This document shows, piece after piece, positions 22,165 to 32,487 of a DNA stretch of 64,000 bases. The position numbers and the translations under genes were made by a program. Positions within the stretch are counted from its first letter, which is position 1. Each line of letters opens with the position of its first letter. The stretch is taken from IMG/VR virus record IMGVR_UViG_3300023202_000247, positions 1-64,000 of that record. One strand, 5' to 3'. The notes beneath the pieces were generated by a model. The model had not been told where the DNA came from. It did no database searches and was given only the letters and a program-made list of their open reading frames with translations.

Positions 22165-22516
22165 CAACTTTCGTGTCAAGGGTGGTGGTCGAGCAAATGC
22201 GCGGCGTACTCGTCGAGCATTCCGGATGAAGCGTCGCAACGTTGGCAAGGTGCTTGCGATGGTTGCGGGTCTCGTCGCGCTTCATTCGTCGGAGGAATTT
22301 GCCAAGGCTGAGCCTGCGAAGATGGTCGAGCCTGCTGAGCCTGCCGAGGCTGTCAAGGTGTCCGATGCTTTGGCAGAGGTTTTGGCCAAGCGTTCGTGGC
22401 AGAAGGCTGACCGCGATGTCGTGTGCAGTGAGGCAACGCGACTGGGCCTGACTGCCGCAGAGTTTGCCGAGAAGTTCGGCGTGAGCGAGCGGCGCGTCAA
22501 GAACGCTGGTGTGTAG
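22154..22516 (+). CDS. Basic protein with a possible C-terminal HTH
   Basis: Arg-rich N-terminus; GLTAAEFAEKFGVSERRV. Confidence 0.6.
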   Translation: MTNNNFRVKGGGRANARRTRRAFRMKRRNVGKVLAMVAGLVALHSSEEFAKAEPAKMVEPAEPAEAVKVSDALAEVLAKRSWQKADRDVVCSEATRLGLTAAEFAEKFGVSERRVKNAGV

Positions 22517-22519
22517 CAC

Positions 22520-22548
22520 GATGGGGCGGGGCAATGCCCCGCCCCATC
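22520..22548 (+). terminator. 14-bp perfect hairpin
   Basis: GATGGGGCGGGGCA-A-TGCCCCGCCCCATC directly after the stop codon. Confidence 0.75.
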
Positions 22549-22562
22549 CATCGGTGACAATC

Positions 22563-23450
22563 ATGGAAATAAGAGCTGACGAAAAGCTACCGATCATCGA
22601 GCAGGTGAAGCAGGTAGTCGAGCAAAAGCAAGCTATGCTCGTAGGTGGCATGCTGCTGGATATGTTTAGTGCATCGCTCGTGATGAGCATGTACGATCGG
22701 ATTGAGTCTCCCGAAGTCAAGCGAAAGTTCGAGAGTCTTCCGGTCGAACAAATGGTTCACATCTGTCTAGACATTCAGGCAAAGCAATGAAAAGTTGGAA
22801 TCCTCGCTATGTCGAGTATGCTCGTGCTCATGATGTGACTCCCGTTCAGATGCGTGCTCTGGACCAAGCACATTGGCCAGGAGGCAGAAACGCCGGCTTC
22901 ATTCTTTGGATGAATGAGCGCTGGAATGAGTTTTGCAAAAAGCATGGTCTCAAACGTCACGCAAGTGGCCCTGGTGAGACGAATGACTATCTCGACCAGG
23001 ACAAGTTCGATGAATGGCTGCCGGGTCGTGTTGATGAACTGTTGAAAGAGGGTTGATGAAAAATGGTGTACATCCTGACCGACTGCAAAGCGCCATTCGT
23101 GTGAGAGACGTTCTGAAATGAAATACACAGATGAAACCCTTGATACCTGTAGAGCTTACGATTTGAGCGTTGGTATGGAGGTTCAATTTAGACGTAAAGT
23201 ATTTAAGCTAAATGCCATTGTAGAAGAAATCAAGTCACCAGATGCACTAATAAACGCTTCCGTCAAGCGTTTTTTATATTGGGTAGATATAAATGAACTA
23301 TACCCTGTCGATTACGAAGCCGATGAAGATGAGAACAATGTCTCGTGCGGTGCAACGTGCGTCGAGTGCGGAACCATGAATGAGTACCAGCCTGCTCGAG
23401 CTGGTTACGTCTGCGGGTTATGCAAGGGTCGCAGAGCCATGTGGTGTTGA
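22563..23450 (+). other. Hypothetical genes (22563-22790, 22787-23056, 23118-23450)
   Basis: ORF track. Confidence 0.6.
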
Positions 23451-24045
23451 CGTGCTTGACTGGAACGAGTCTTATCCGAACGACTTACGAGAATGCGTAA
23501 AAACCCTTAGCCCTGAGTTTGCCAACAAACTCGGCAAAAAGTTGGGAAGCGGTTCAGACCACGTAGTCTATGAACTATGTGGCGATGAACGCAAGGTTGT
23601 ATCCGTAACGACACGGCTGGGAAGCTGCTTGCGTGGCAAGTTTTTTCTAGAAAAAGCAAGAGGTCTTAAGACAAAGCCTTCTCCACATATCGTGCGTGTA
23701 TACGACTGTGGAATCTTTGGAAAGCTGGGAGATGAGCATACCATAATCTATACGATTATGGAAAAACTGAATCCACTTGACGAATATGTGCAGAATGTTG
23801 TTGATACGGTTGTTGATATGTTGTGGGAACGCACCTATGGCAAGTGGAGTCAGCACATCAATCAGCGAGCTAACGAGTTAATCACTGAGTTATCAGCTGA
23901 AAAGCAAAAATCAGTTAGAACGTTTTTTAGGGCTTTGCGTTCATCGCACTTTCACTGTCATGACCTATGGAAAAATTACATGGCTGATGACACAGGAAAG
24001 TTGAAAGTAATTGATATCGATCAGTTACACAGGATTACCAGATGA
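23380..24045 (+). CDS. Protein kinase-like (ePK/APH fold) protein; true start probably near 23452
   Basis: LGSGSDHVVY Gly-loop, PHIVRVYD, IMEKL, HDLWKNYM, KVIDID. Confidence 0.7.
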   Translation: MSTSLLELVTSAGYARVAEPCGVDVLDWNESYPNDLRECVKTLSPEFANKLGKKLGSGSDHVVYELCGDERKVVSVTTRLGSCLRGKFFLEKARGLKTKPSPHIVRVYDCGIFGKLGDEHTIIYTIMEKLNPLDEYVQNVVDTVVDMLWERTYGKWSQHINQRANELITELSAEKQKSVRTFFRALRSSHFHCHDLWKNYMADDTGKLKVIDIDQLHRITR

Positions 24046-25907
24046 GATTTGTTTACCTAGTACGAGGAAACACTGTAGGCGTCGACACCAAGCAGTGGGT
24101 AGTGCGAGCCGCCAAGTCCGAGGAGCGAGCTGAAGAGTTTGTCGACAGACTCAACGATTGGTGCAAAGACCACAATGTCTTTGGAAACTTCAATGTTATG
24201 GCTAAGCATGAAGACATCGAAGCTTTGGCAACGAAGCCCAATCCGTTCGACCCGCATATGGAAGTTGGAGACCACGGTGTGCACTATGATGTGCAAGTGG
24301 TTGAGATGTTGGGATGACTGAACAAGAACACAGAGCATACATACAAAGTCTTCCGCGTGAAATCATGTGGAGGGGTGCAACGCTCAAGCTCAGCTGTTTA
24401 CAGGGTGGCAGTCCAGAATACATCGATCCGGACCGTCGGCTTTCCGTCCTTCAAGTTGGCGATCCCGACGTTCACCAAAGCTGGCGAGCCAGGTTCGAAG
24501 CTTCGAGCGGTTCATCGAAATTGTTCGTTTGTGGATACGGTAAGGATCCGTACGGTGCAATCCGTTCTGCTGATGGACACGCTGTCGCATTGGCAAAGCT
24601 TTTGTGATGAAAAAGTATTCGGTTCACATCGGAGACCGAGCTGGAGTTTGGGGAGTCTTCGACTATCAGACATGGGCCAACGTGCTCGTCGGCGCTGTAC
24701 AATTCGCTAGGCGTTTCGGTCGGGATAAGAAGGTCGTTGTGTTCAACAATGACATGTGCGACTATGACTGGAACGGTTTGAGCGAACGGCAAGAATACAT
24801 TTTGGAAAGATGTGGAGTGTGAAGTCATGAATAAACCATCTGTGATAAAAATTGCTTTTGCTTCAGATGGTGTCTTGCTTTGCGCTCCGGAGAGGTTGAG
24901 ATGATAACAATCAGGTTACGTCTAGGTATAACTGACTACTCTTTTGTAACTGTCGTCGCGCTAGCTTTTCAATTACTTTCGATGGCGTGTTTCATTCCGT
25001 TCGTAATGACACCAAGTGACGCTGCTTACTTTGCACTTAACGATTTCGCATTCTTAATCGCGGCCTTTTTTGCAGCAGGAGGAACAATTGCATCGGTACC
25101 AGCGTTGATCTTTCACTTGGAACTATTCAGCCAATATCAAGAGCTAAAAGAAAAGGAAAAGCTATGGAAAACGTTCAAGTGAAAACCAAGATTAAGTCCA
25201 CCAAACCATATGCCTTTCGTCTTTGGGAATCCCGACTTTACGAGCTTGTAGATGAGTACAAAAATCTGTGCGATGGCACAGAAGAACTCAAGGCTGCGCT
25301 CGAAGCCGTTAACGCAAAACGTGTGGAATGCGCCCTGCATGAGTTTGCAGGTGAGCTGGAAAATTGGAAGGATGCTCACGATAGCAATACTGAACAGTAC
25401 TATGACATTGCTGAAGATTGCAGGGTCGTACTAGAAGCAGCTTCGGATTTTTGGTTCGAGCAGACGAAAAAGACGCGACCTGCGTATCAGTATCAAGTCT
25501 TCTTTGAAGATCACGAACCGATGTTCATCACGGTTCCGTTTCTCAACGATGACGGAAAACTTGCTTATTCCTGGATCGAGCATGTTGCATCGTACCAAGG
25601 CAAAAAGGTAAAGGAGATTGTGCTCCTCGATGGCGGCCCGCTCGAACAAATCGAGATGACCAACAAGCAGTTGAGGAATATCAAAAATGATGCGTTTTTA
25701 GAGTTGGTGTTGAAAGACATGATTAACCGTGTTAAAAGTAGCATGGATGACATCGATGATTGGAGAAAGAGTAATCTGCGCAACGAACAAGAACTTCATA
25801 GTTTTTTGAAAGCGGCAAACTCCTCGCTACTCACTCTTTCTCTCATGGCTGCAAAGGGTTACGGTCAATCAGCGCAGTTTGGCCGCTTCACCAAGAATAG
25901 AACATGA
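24042..25907 (+). other. Hypothetical genes (24042-24317, 24314-24607, 24604-24822, membrane protein about 24901-25182, 25164-25907)
   Basis: ORF track and overlaps. Confidence 0.6.
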
Positions 25908-26647
25908 CACTATACAAACTCGATGAGTGGGAGCACAATGGTCGTGACGATTCCGACTGGTACGCCGTTGTCTACGACGATGAGAAAGACGACGTGTACC
26001 GCGTCGAGACTGGCACGACTCGCGCAGCCAATGCGCTAAACATCGGCCCCAAGATGCAGGAGCCAACCGAAGAAGTTTTGAAGAAGGCTGAGATTGCTTA
26101 CGCTCGCAAGCTCGTGCCAGTTGTGAAGACTCAAGAAGAAAGCCGAATTCTTTTTCCAGATCCGACGAAACTACCCAAGGGTTTGGAGCTGCGTACAACC
26201 AGACGTATACGTTTTCAGAAGCGCGAGTACGTCCACAGTGAATGTAAAAAATGTGGAGGTACTGGCAAGTGGGTCAACCCTTTCTCGCAAAAGGACGTGC
26301 GCAATTGTTTTAACTGCAATGGCACTGGGCAATATGCCAAGAGTGTTGGTGTTACGGACAAAAATGGTAAGAAAGTTTGGGTATACATCCAACCTGGCAC
26401 TGTTGTGAAGGTTCGTGATTCCAAGAGCTATGGCACATTCTATCGGAATGGTTACAATAAGCCAAATGGTTGGAATACAACTGTGAGCTTTACATTGCCT
26501 GACGGCAGTGAAGGACGAGCAAAGCTTGAAGCTTTGCGGTTGAATGAGCCGTTGCCCACGGACGAGTGGGCCGAAGAGAAAGCAATGAAACTTGCAAAGA
26601 CTCGTAACTTTTACGTTCTGTTTAGAACGGCTGGAGGGAGGCTATGA
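25904..26647 (+). CDS. Hypothetical protein with a DnaJ-type zinc finger
   Basis: CKKCGGTG and CFNCNGTG repeats. Confidence 0.75.
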   Translation: MTLYKLDEWEHNGRDDSDWYAVVYDDEKDDVYRVETGTTRAANALNIGPKMQEPTEEVLKKAEIAYARKLVPVVKTQEESRILFPDPTKLPKGLELRTTRRIRFQKREYVHSECKKCGGTGKWVNPFSQKDVRNCFNCNGTGQYAKSVGVTDKNGKKVWVYIQPGTVVKVRDSKSYGTFYRNGYNKPNGWNTTVSFTLPDGSEGRAKLEALRLNEPLPTDEWAEEKAMKLAKTRNFYVLFRTAGGRL

Positions 26648-27354
26648 GCGATAGAAACAAGCGTATCGTTGAATCGATGCAAGAGATGTTGTCCAACCAT
26701 GTGCTTATACGTGAGCATGTGTGGAATGATGACAAGCAGGCAAGCTGGGTGCTGGCTCGTGAGGGTCCGAGCGAACCCATCGAGGTAATTGCTGGCGTTG
26801 GAAATACCATCCTGATTCATGGCAACTGGCCGTTGATTCGGCTATGCTGTGAGGGTGGCAGCTGCTTCGAACGGCTCATGTGTGTAGCACATGCACGAGC
26901 CGATAAGCTCATGACGTATGCATCGTTGGGTGGTACCGAGTATGATGCTTACAATGCGAGCGAAGCAGCTGAAAAGCTCATGGAACTACGCGGTGATTAC
27001 AACGCTGATCATCAGTATGATCTTGGCAAGTTGATGGATGAAGCTATCAATCATGTTGAGATTGAAACGTCATTGTACGATTACCTACATCATAACAACT
27101 ACAGCTTCGAGCACGATACTTTTCGAGTAGTTCATGATAATCTGATTCAAGGTCAGGTAATCCTGAATCACTTGGTCAAGATATTGATTCGTCATCGTGA
27201 AGATGGTCCAGCTATTGAACATGCAGATGGATATAAATCTTGGTGGATAAATGGTACCAAACTGACAGAAGAAGAGTTTAACAATCGTTACTCATCTTGT
27301 ACCAGCAAGATTGTAGAGATTGACGGAAAACGTTACAAACTAGAAGAGGTTTGA
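26644..27354 (+). CDS. Chimeric protein: unrelated N-terminus fused to the HREDGPA-family C-terminus
   Basis: Switch at about 27190 (LIR|HREDGPA...KRYKLEEV). Confidence 0.8.
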   Translation: MSDRNKRIVESMQEMLSNHVLIREHVWNDDKQASWVLAREGPSEPIEVIAGVGNTILIHGNWPLIRLCCEGGSCFERLMCVAHARADKLMTYASLGGTEYDAYNASEAAEKLMELRGDYNADHQYDLGKLMDEAINHVEIETSLYDYLHHNNYSFEHDTFRVVHDNLIQGQVILNHLVKILIRHREDGPAIEHADGYKSWWINGTKLTEEEFNNRYSSCTSKIVEIDGKRYKLEEV

Positions 27355-27357
27355 AAA

Positions 27358-27864
27358 ATGGAAAAACTTCGAGTAGAGATTAATGATTGTGGTGACAAAA
27401 GGTATTACAAGTGGAATACGTATGAACTGCATAATCCATATGGTCCAGCAATTGAATTTGCATATGGATCTAAATCTTGGTATCTAAACGGTAAACTTCA
27501 TCGTGAAGATGGTCCAGCAATTGAATGGACAGATGGACATAAAGAGTGGTGGATAAACGGTAAAGTTCATCGTGAGGATGGTCCAGCAATTGAACATGTA
27601 GATGGAGCTAAAGAGTGGTGGATAAACGGTAAACGTCACCGAGAAGATGGCCCAGCTGTTGAATACGCAAATGGATCTAAATTTTGGTATGTAAACAGTA
27701 AACGTCATCGTGAAGATGGTCCAGCAATTGAATGGGCAGATGGACATAAAGAGTGGTATCTAAACGGTGTCGAATTGACAGAAAAAGAGTTCAACAATCG
27801 TCACTCTTGCGCTGGTAAAGTTGTAGAGATTGACGGAAAACGTTACAAGCTAGAAGAGGTTTGA
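27358..27864 (+). CDS. HREDGPA 23-aa-repeat protein, 5 units
   Basis: Conserved MEKLRVEI N-cap and VEIDGKRYKLEEV C-cap. Confidence 0.92.
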   Translation: MEKLRVEINDCGDKRYYKWNTYELHNPYGPAIEFAYGSKSWYLNGKLHREDGPAIEWTDGHKEWWINGKVHREDGPAIEHVDGAKEWWINGKRHREDGPAVEYANGSKFWYVNSKRHREDGPAIEWADGHKEWYLNGVELTEKEFNNRHSCAGKVVEIDGKRYKLEEV

Positions 27865-27867
27865 AAA

Positions 27868-28236
27868 ATGGAAAAGCTTCGAGTAGAGATTAAAGATTGT
27901 GGTACCAAGAGATACTACAAGTGGGATACGGATGAACTGCATAATCCGTATGGTCCAGCTGTTGAATATGCAGATGGAGATAAAGTTTGGTATCTAAACG
28001 GTAAACGTCATCGTGAAGATGGTCCAGCTGTTGAAGATGCAGATGGAGATAAATCTTGGTGGATAAACGGTAAACGTCACCGAGAAGATGGTCCAGCAAT
28101 TGAATATGCAGATGGAGATAAAGAATGGTGGGTAAACGGTGTCGAATTGACAGAAAAAGAGTTTCACAATCGTCACTCTTGTACCAGCAAGATTGTAGAG
28201 ATTGATGGAAAACGTTACAAACTAGAAGAGGTTTGA
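27868..28236 (+). CDS. HREDGPA repeat protein, 3 units
   Basis: Paralog of 27358. Confidence 0.92.
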   Translation: MEKLRVEIKDCGTKRYYKWDTDELHNPYGPAVEYADGDKVWYLNGKRHREDGPAVEDADGDKSWWINGKRHREDGPAIEYADGDKEWWVNGVELTEKEFHNRHSCTSKIVEIDGKRYKLEEV

Positions 28237-28239
28237 AAA

Positions 28240-28677
28240 ATGGAAAAACTTCGAGTAGAGATTGACCATCATGGTAACAATAGATACTACAAGTGGGATA
28301 CGGATGAACTGCATAATCCATATGGTCCAGCTGTTGAATATGCAGATGGAGATAAAGTTTGGTATCTAAACGGTAAACGTCATCGTGAAGCTGGTCCAGC
28401 TGTTGAATGGGAAGATGGAGATAAAGAGTGGTGGATAAATGGTAAACGTCACCGAGAAAATGGTCCAGCAATTGAACATGTAGATGGATCTAAATTTTGG
28501 TATATAAACAATAAACTTCATCGTGAAGATGGTCCAGCAATTGAATATGCAGATGGAGATAAAGAATGGTGGGTAAACGGTGTCGAATTGACAGAAAAAG
28601 AGTTTCACAATCGTCACTCTTATGCTGGCAAAGTTGTAGAGATTGACGGAAAACGTTACAAACTAGAAGAGGTTTGA
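28240..28677 (+). CDS. HREDGPA repeat protein, 4 units
   Basis: Paralog of 27358. Confidence 0.92.
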   Translation: MEKLRVEIDHHGNNRYYKWDTDELHNPYGPAVEYADGDKVWYLNGKRHREAGPAVEWEDGDKEWWINGKRHRENGPAIEHVDGSKFWYINNKLHREDGPAIEYADGDKEWWVNGVELTEKEFHNRHSYAGKVVEIDGKRYKLEEV

Positions 28678-28680
28678 AAT

Positions 28681-28980
28681 ATGGAAAAGCTTCGAGTAGA
28701 GATTAATGATTGTGGTGACAAGAGGTATTACAAGTGGGATACGGATGAGTATCATAATCCATATGGTCCTGCTATTGAACGTGCAAATGGAACTAAATGT
28801 TGGTATGTAAACGATAAGCGTCATCGTGAAGATGGCCCTGCTATTGAATTTGCAAATGGACATAAAGAGTGGTATCTAAACGGTGTCGAATTGACAGAAA
28901 AAGAGTTCAACAATCGTCACTATTGCGCTGGTAAAGTTGTAGAGATTGACGGAAAACGCTATAAACTAGAAGAGGTTTGA
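28681..28980 (+). CDS. HREDGPA repeat protein, 2 units
   Basis: Paralog of 27358. Confidence 0.92.
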   Translation: MEKLRVEINDCGDKRYYKWDTDEYHNPYGPAIERANGTKCWYVNDKRHREDGPAIEFANGHKEWYLNGVELTEKEFNNRHYCAGKVVEIDGKRYKLEEV

Positions 28981-30626
28981 GAACAAGAGATGATGCTAAT
29001 CAGGTTGTAATATGAAAAAAGAAGCTGACGATTACGATCATATCATTTTCGTCAATCTGCCCGGTAATGGGGGAACGATTCGAAGGTTTTTCTGGACCGG
29101 AAAAGATTGGTCGGAAAAGTTTGAAGATGCAATGGCATATCCGAAATACAGCGGGGGCTTGCGAGCCCTCTTCGATATTCCCGAGGAAAAAATCCAGGAA
29201 ATTTGCGTTTCAAAAGATGATGGGCAAATCGTAGCTAGTGCACTTACTACACCTAGACATCATATGAAGCTTTCCCACTTTGGGCTTTGGGATCCATTCA
29301 AGGATAAGCCCAGTGAATTCGAGGAAGATAACAGAAACACGTACAAATTCAAGGAAGAGTAAGTGAAAGCAGCAGAAGACGATTACAACTGTAAACACAC
29401 GAATAAGAACCGTCCCTTCAATTCCGTGTTTGACACATTGGGTGAAGGGTATATCGTCCTACGTGATTGTCTCGATTGTCACTCGACTTTGACCGAGCCG
29501 ATGCCAACGGATGTGCGTGACTGTTTAGAGTTATTGCGAGAAGCATGTAGACTATACAAAAAGCCTTACCATCTTTACTGGTGGGAAGCTACGCTCATGG
29601 TGCGGGCAACTGGTGACGTGACGTATTCAGACGCCATTGCTCAAACAATCATGAAGATGCGAAAGGAATCAAATGCGTAAAAAATGCGAGCCTAATTGTG
29701 ATCTTGATAACCTGGAGGATAGGGAGATGAGTGATATCGAATATGTGAGCTGGTATCGTGAGGGAGAGCATGGCTGCATCGTTGCTGTGCTGACGGGCAT
29801 GCCGGAGCAGAATGTCCGTGTGGGCATCGGGGACACGTGCCTCGAGGCATATGAGGCGCTCCAGGGCACCGCGATCCAGTGCACGGGTCGTGACTGCGGT
29901 GAGGCAGCCGCGCTCGAGTGGGCAGTCGGTGCGGGCTGGTGCGAGTCGGGACTTGATGAGTACGAGCCGGACCCGGACGAATTGACCGTGGGCGACGACG
30001 ACGACGATGATGACACGATTGCCGCGACCATCCACGAGCACGGCAACGGCCTGGTAGACGTGGGAGACCACGTCGCCGGCAACGACGGCGAGCTGTACGA
30101 GGTGGTCGAGACTGGCGGGATCCATTGTAGCCCGAGCGGCAGCGGCGGTGGCAACTACATGCATGGCCGTGTACGGCTCGCCGATTGGGATGATTTGACG
30201 GAAGAAGAGGCGGAATACGTGACGTGCTCAGCCGAGGTGCAGTCATGAGCGCCGTCAAGGAATTCGAAGTCAAGGTCTATGACTGTGACCCGAACGATAA
30301 CGGCGGCGGCGAGTGGCCCGAGAGCTATTCAGTACGCTGCGCCCCGGAGGATGCGGAACACATGGCGGCCCTCGAGCTGGAGTATCTCGCGCAAGACCTC
30401 GGCGGCGTGTCCGACTACGCGCCGGGCCAGACTATCTACGCACTCGTTTTCGTGCCCGGGGACGTGCGCCAGGTATCACATGTGCTGACTGCTGAGGATC
30501 TCGGGATCAACAGTTGAGAAATTGAAGGTTCTTTTGCAATGATTGAGCTGTTTGGTGCGCAAACGAAAAAGCAGTTTCGCGAGTATTATTACAGCTGACA
30601 CTCGAGACGGAGATGAAAGATGAACG

Positions 30627-30841
30627 ACGATCTAACCTGGCACACCCGACCCGTTGATGCGGGTCAGATAATTCACGAAGAATACGCCGCAGACGGGGAT
30701 TGGCTTTACTGCCGCTCAACTGACCGCAGCGACGGCGAGGTCACCTATTACCGGGTGGCTTGGGATGCCGTAGAGGTAACCGGTGAGTTTGAACCATGGA
30801 ACGGCCGGGTCGGTGCGATTATCGACGATGAGGATTGGGAG
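30627..30841 (+). repeat. Copy 1 of a 215-bp coding duplication (DAGQIIHEEYAADGDWLY...)
   Basis: Near-identical to 32104-32318. Confidence 0.9.
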
Positions 30842-32103
30842 AGTTTTGATCCGGCCAACTACGTCGTGCGTACGATTGTGAGCGACAACGGCATCACGTA
30901 TGAGGTACTGGCCGACGGCACAATGCGGCTGGTTAACTTTCTCGAGGCTGGAATCGAGTTGGAATGAAAAAGCTTACGTACGAGCAACGCATCAACCTTT
31001 ACGATGCGTTGCGAAAGGAAGGATGGCGCACGCCTGACAAAGAAACTCATGAATCTCACATGCAAGTCCGCATGGAAGGTTTGACTCATGAACTGCTTCA
31101 TATCGTAGACGTGCTCGGGCCAAAGATTTTTGAGCGAAAGGGTTTGAAAAGCCCAGATTTTGTAATTGGTACGGTTAAGAAAGCTTATCCTGACCCACCA
31201 AGGAAAAGTCACTACGAAATCAGTGGTGCTAGAGAGCTTTTTCAGAATCTTCCTTGCACCTACACAGCAAACTATCCGGGGGATAGAGCAGAAGTTCGTG
31301 TAAGTTCCGCTACGGTTCTCGTCCTGAAGCACTTTGGATTCAATGTCAAACGTAGCTTCAAACATAGTGTTTATAACAAGGTCTTGTTCAATATCAAGAT
31401 GAACTTGACAAGTCCGAATTACAAGATGAACGCTCAGTATATGGTCGATATGTGTATGGATCATCCTCGTGTTCGAGAGATGGCTGCACAAACGATTGAA
31501 TACTACGAAAGGTTTGTATAAGTGGCCAAGAACCTTTCTGAGCTTTGTAATGAATGGGAAAGACGAGCCGCGGCACTCCTATCAAACCCGGAAGCCTCTT
31601 CACATGACAAAGAGCTTGGGAGATGGCTCGCAAGTTTTGTGCAAGGAATACAAGGCGGCAGTGTGATTAGTCATGTTGCCGTTGCCATAAGGTATAGTCT
31701 GCATGAGACTACAAAACAAGCAGCTCATGAGTGCTTGAAAGAATACTGTGCTATACGCAGGCAGCGAAAAGGATAAATAGATGACTGAGAAAATGACCAG
31801 CTACGACGTTCCAATTGTTCACCACGCAGCATTGACCCTCAGCGAAACCGCTCCCAATAACCACGATGACCGCTACGGCGTGCTTGGCTGGCTCAACGAC
31901 GGTCGCGCTGTGGTGGCTGGGCTCATCGGTCGCTCACTATGGGACGAGCTGGAGGCAGACGACTATGTGATCGAGTATCAGACGTGCCTCCCGTGCGAGC
32001 ATGATCATCCGGACGCGATGGAGGTCGAGGGCGCATACAGTACGTACTGGGTTCGCTGGGACGACCGCTGACACAGAGTAATTGATTGACACCAAGATGA
32101 CTA

Positions 32104-32318
32104 ACGATCTAAAATGGTACACTCGACCCGTTGATGCGGGTCAGATCATCCACGAAGAGTACGCCGCAGACGGGGATTGGCTCTACTGCCGCTCGACCGA
32201 CCGTAGCGACGGCGAGGTCACCTATTACCGGGTGGCTTGGGATGCCGTGGAGGTGACCGGCGACTTCGAGCCCTGGAACGGCCGGGTCGGCGCGATTATC
32301 GACGATGAGGATTGGGAG
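32104..32318 (+). repeat. Copy 2 of the coding duplication
   Basis: Near-identical to 30627-30841. Confidence 0.9.
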
Positions 32319-32451
32319 TTATTTAACCCGAAAAAAGAGTAAGCAATGAATCATAAGTTTAGAATGGTTTCGGTCTTTTGCGCACATGCCATCGGGTCCG
32401 TGTATGACCACATTCGCGAGTACACTCAAAAGCTGGTTCAATCGAGACCTG

Positions 32452-32487
32452 GTAACAAAGAATGCTGTGCTCCTAAAAGTCACAGAC
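32452..32487 (+). CRISPR. Solitary CRISPR repeat, type B (GTAACAAAGAATGCTGTGCTCCTAAAAGTCACAGAC)
   Basis: 36 bp; aligns without gaps to the array repeat at 44040; stem CTGTG/CACAG. Confidence 0.85.

Larger units (their letters stand above)
29012..32342 (+). other. Hypothetical genes (29012-29362, 29363-29680, 29673-30248, 30245-30517, 30620-30967, 30964-31521, 31522-31776, 31781-32071, 32082-32342); several are GC-rich
   Basis: ORF track and overlaps. Confidence 0.65.
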
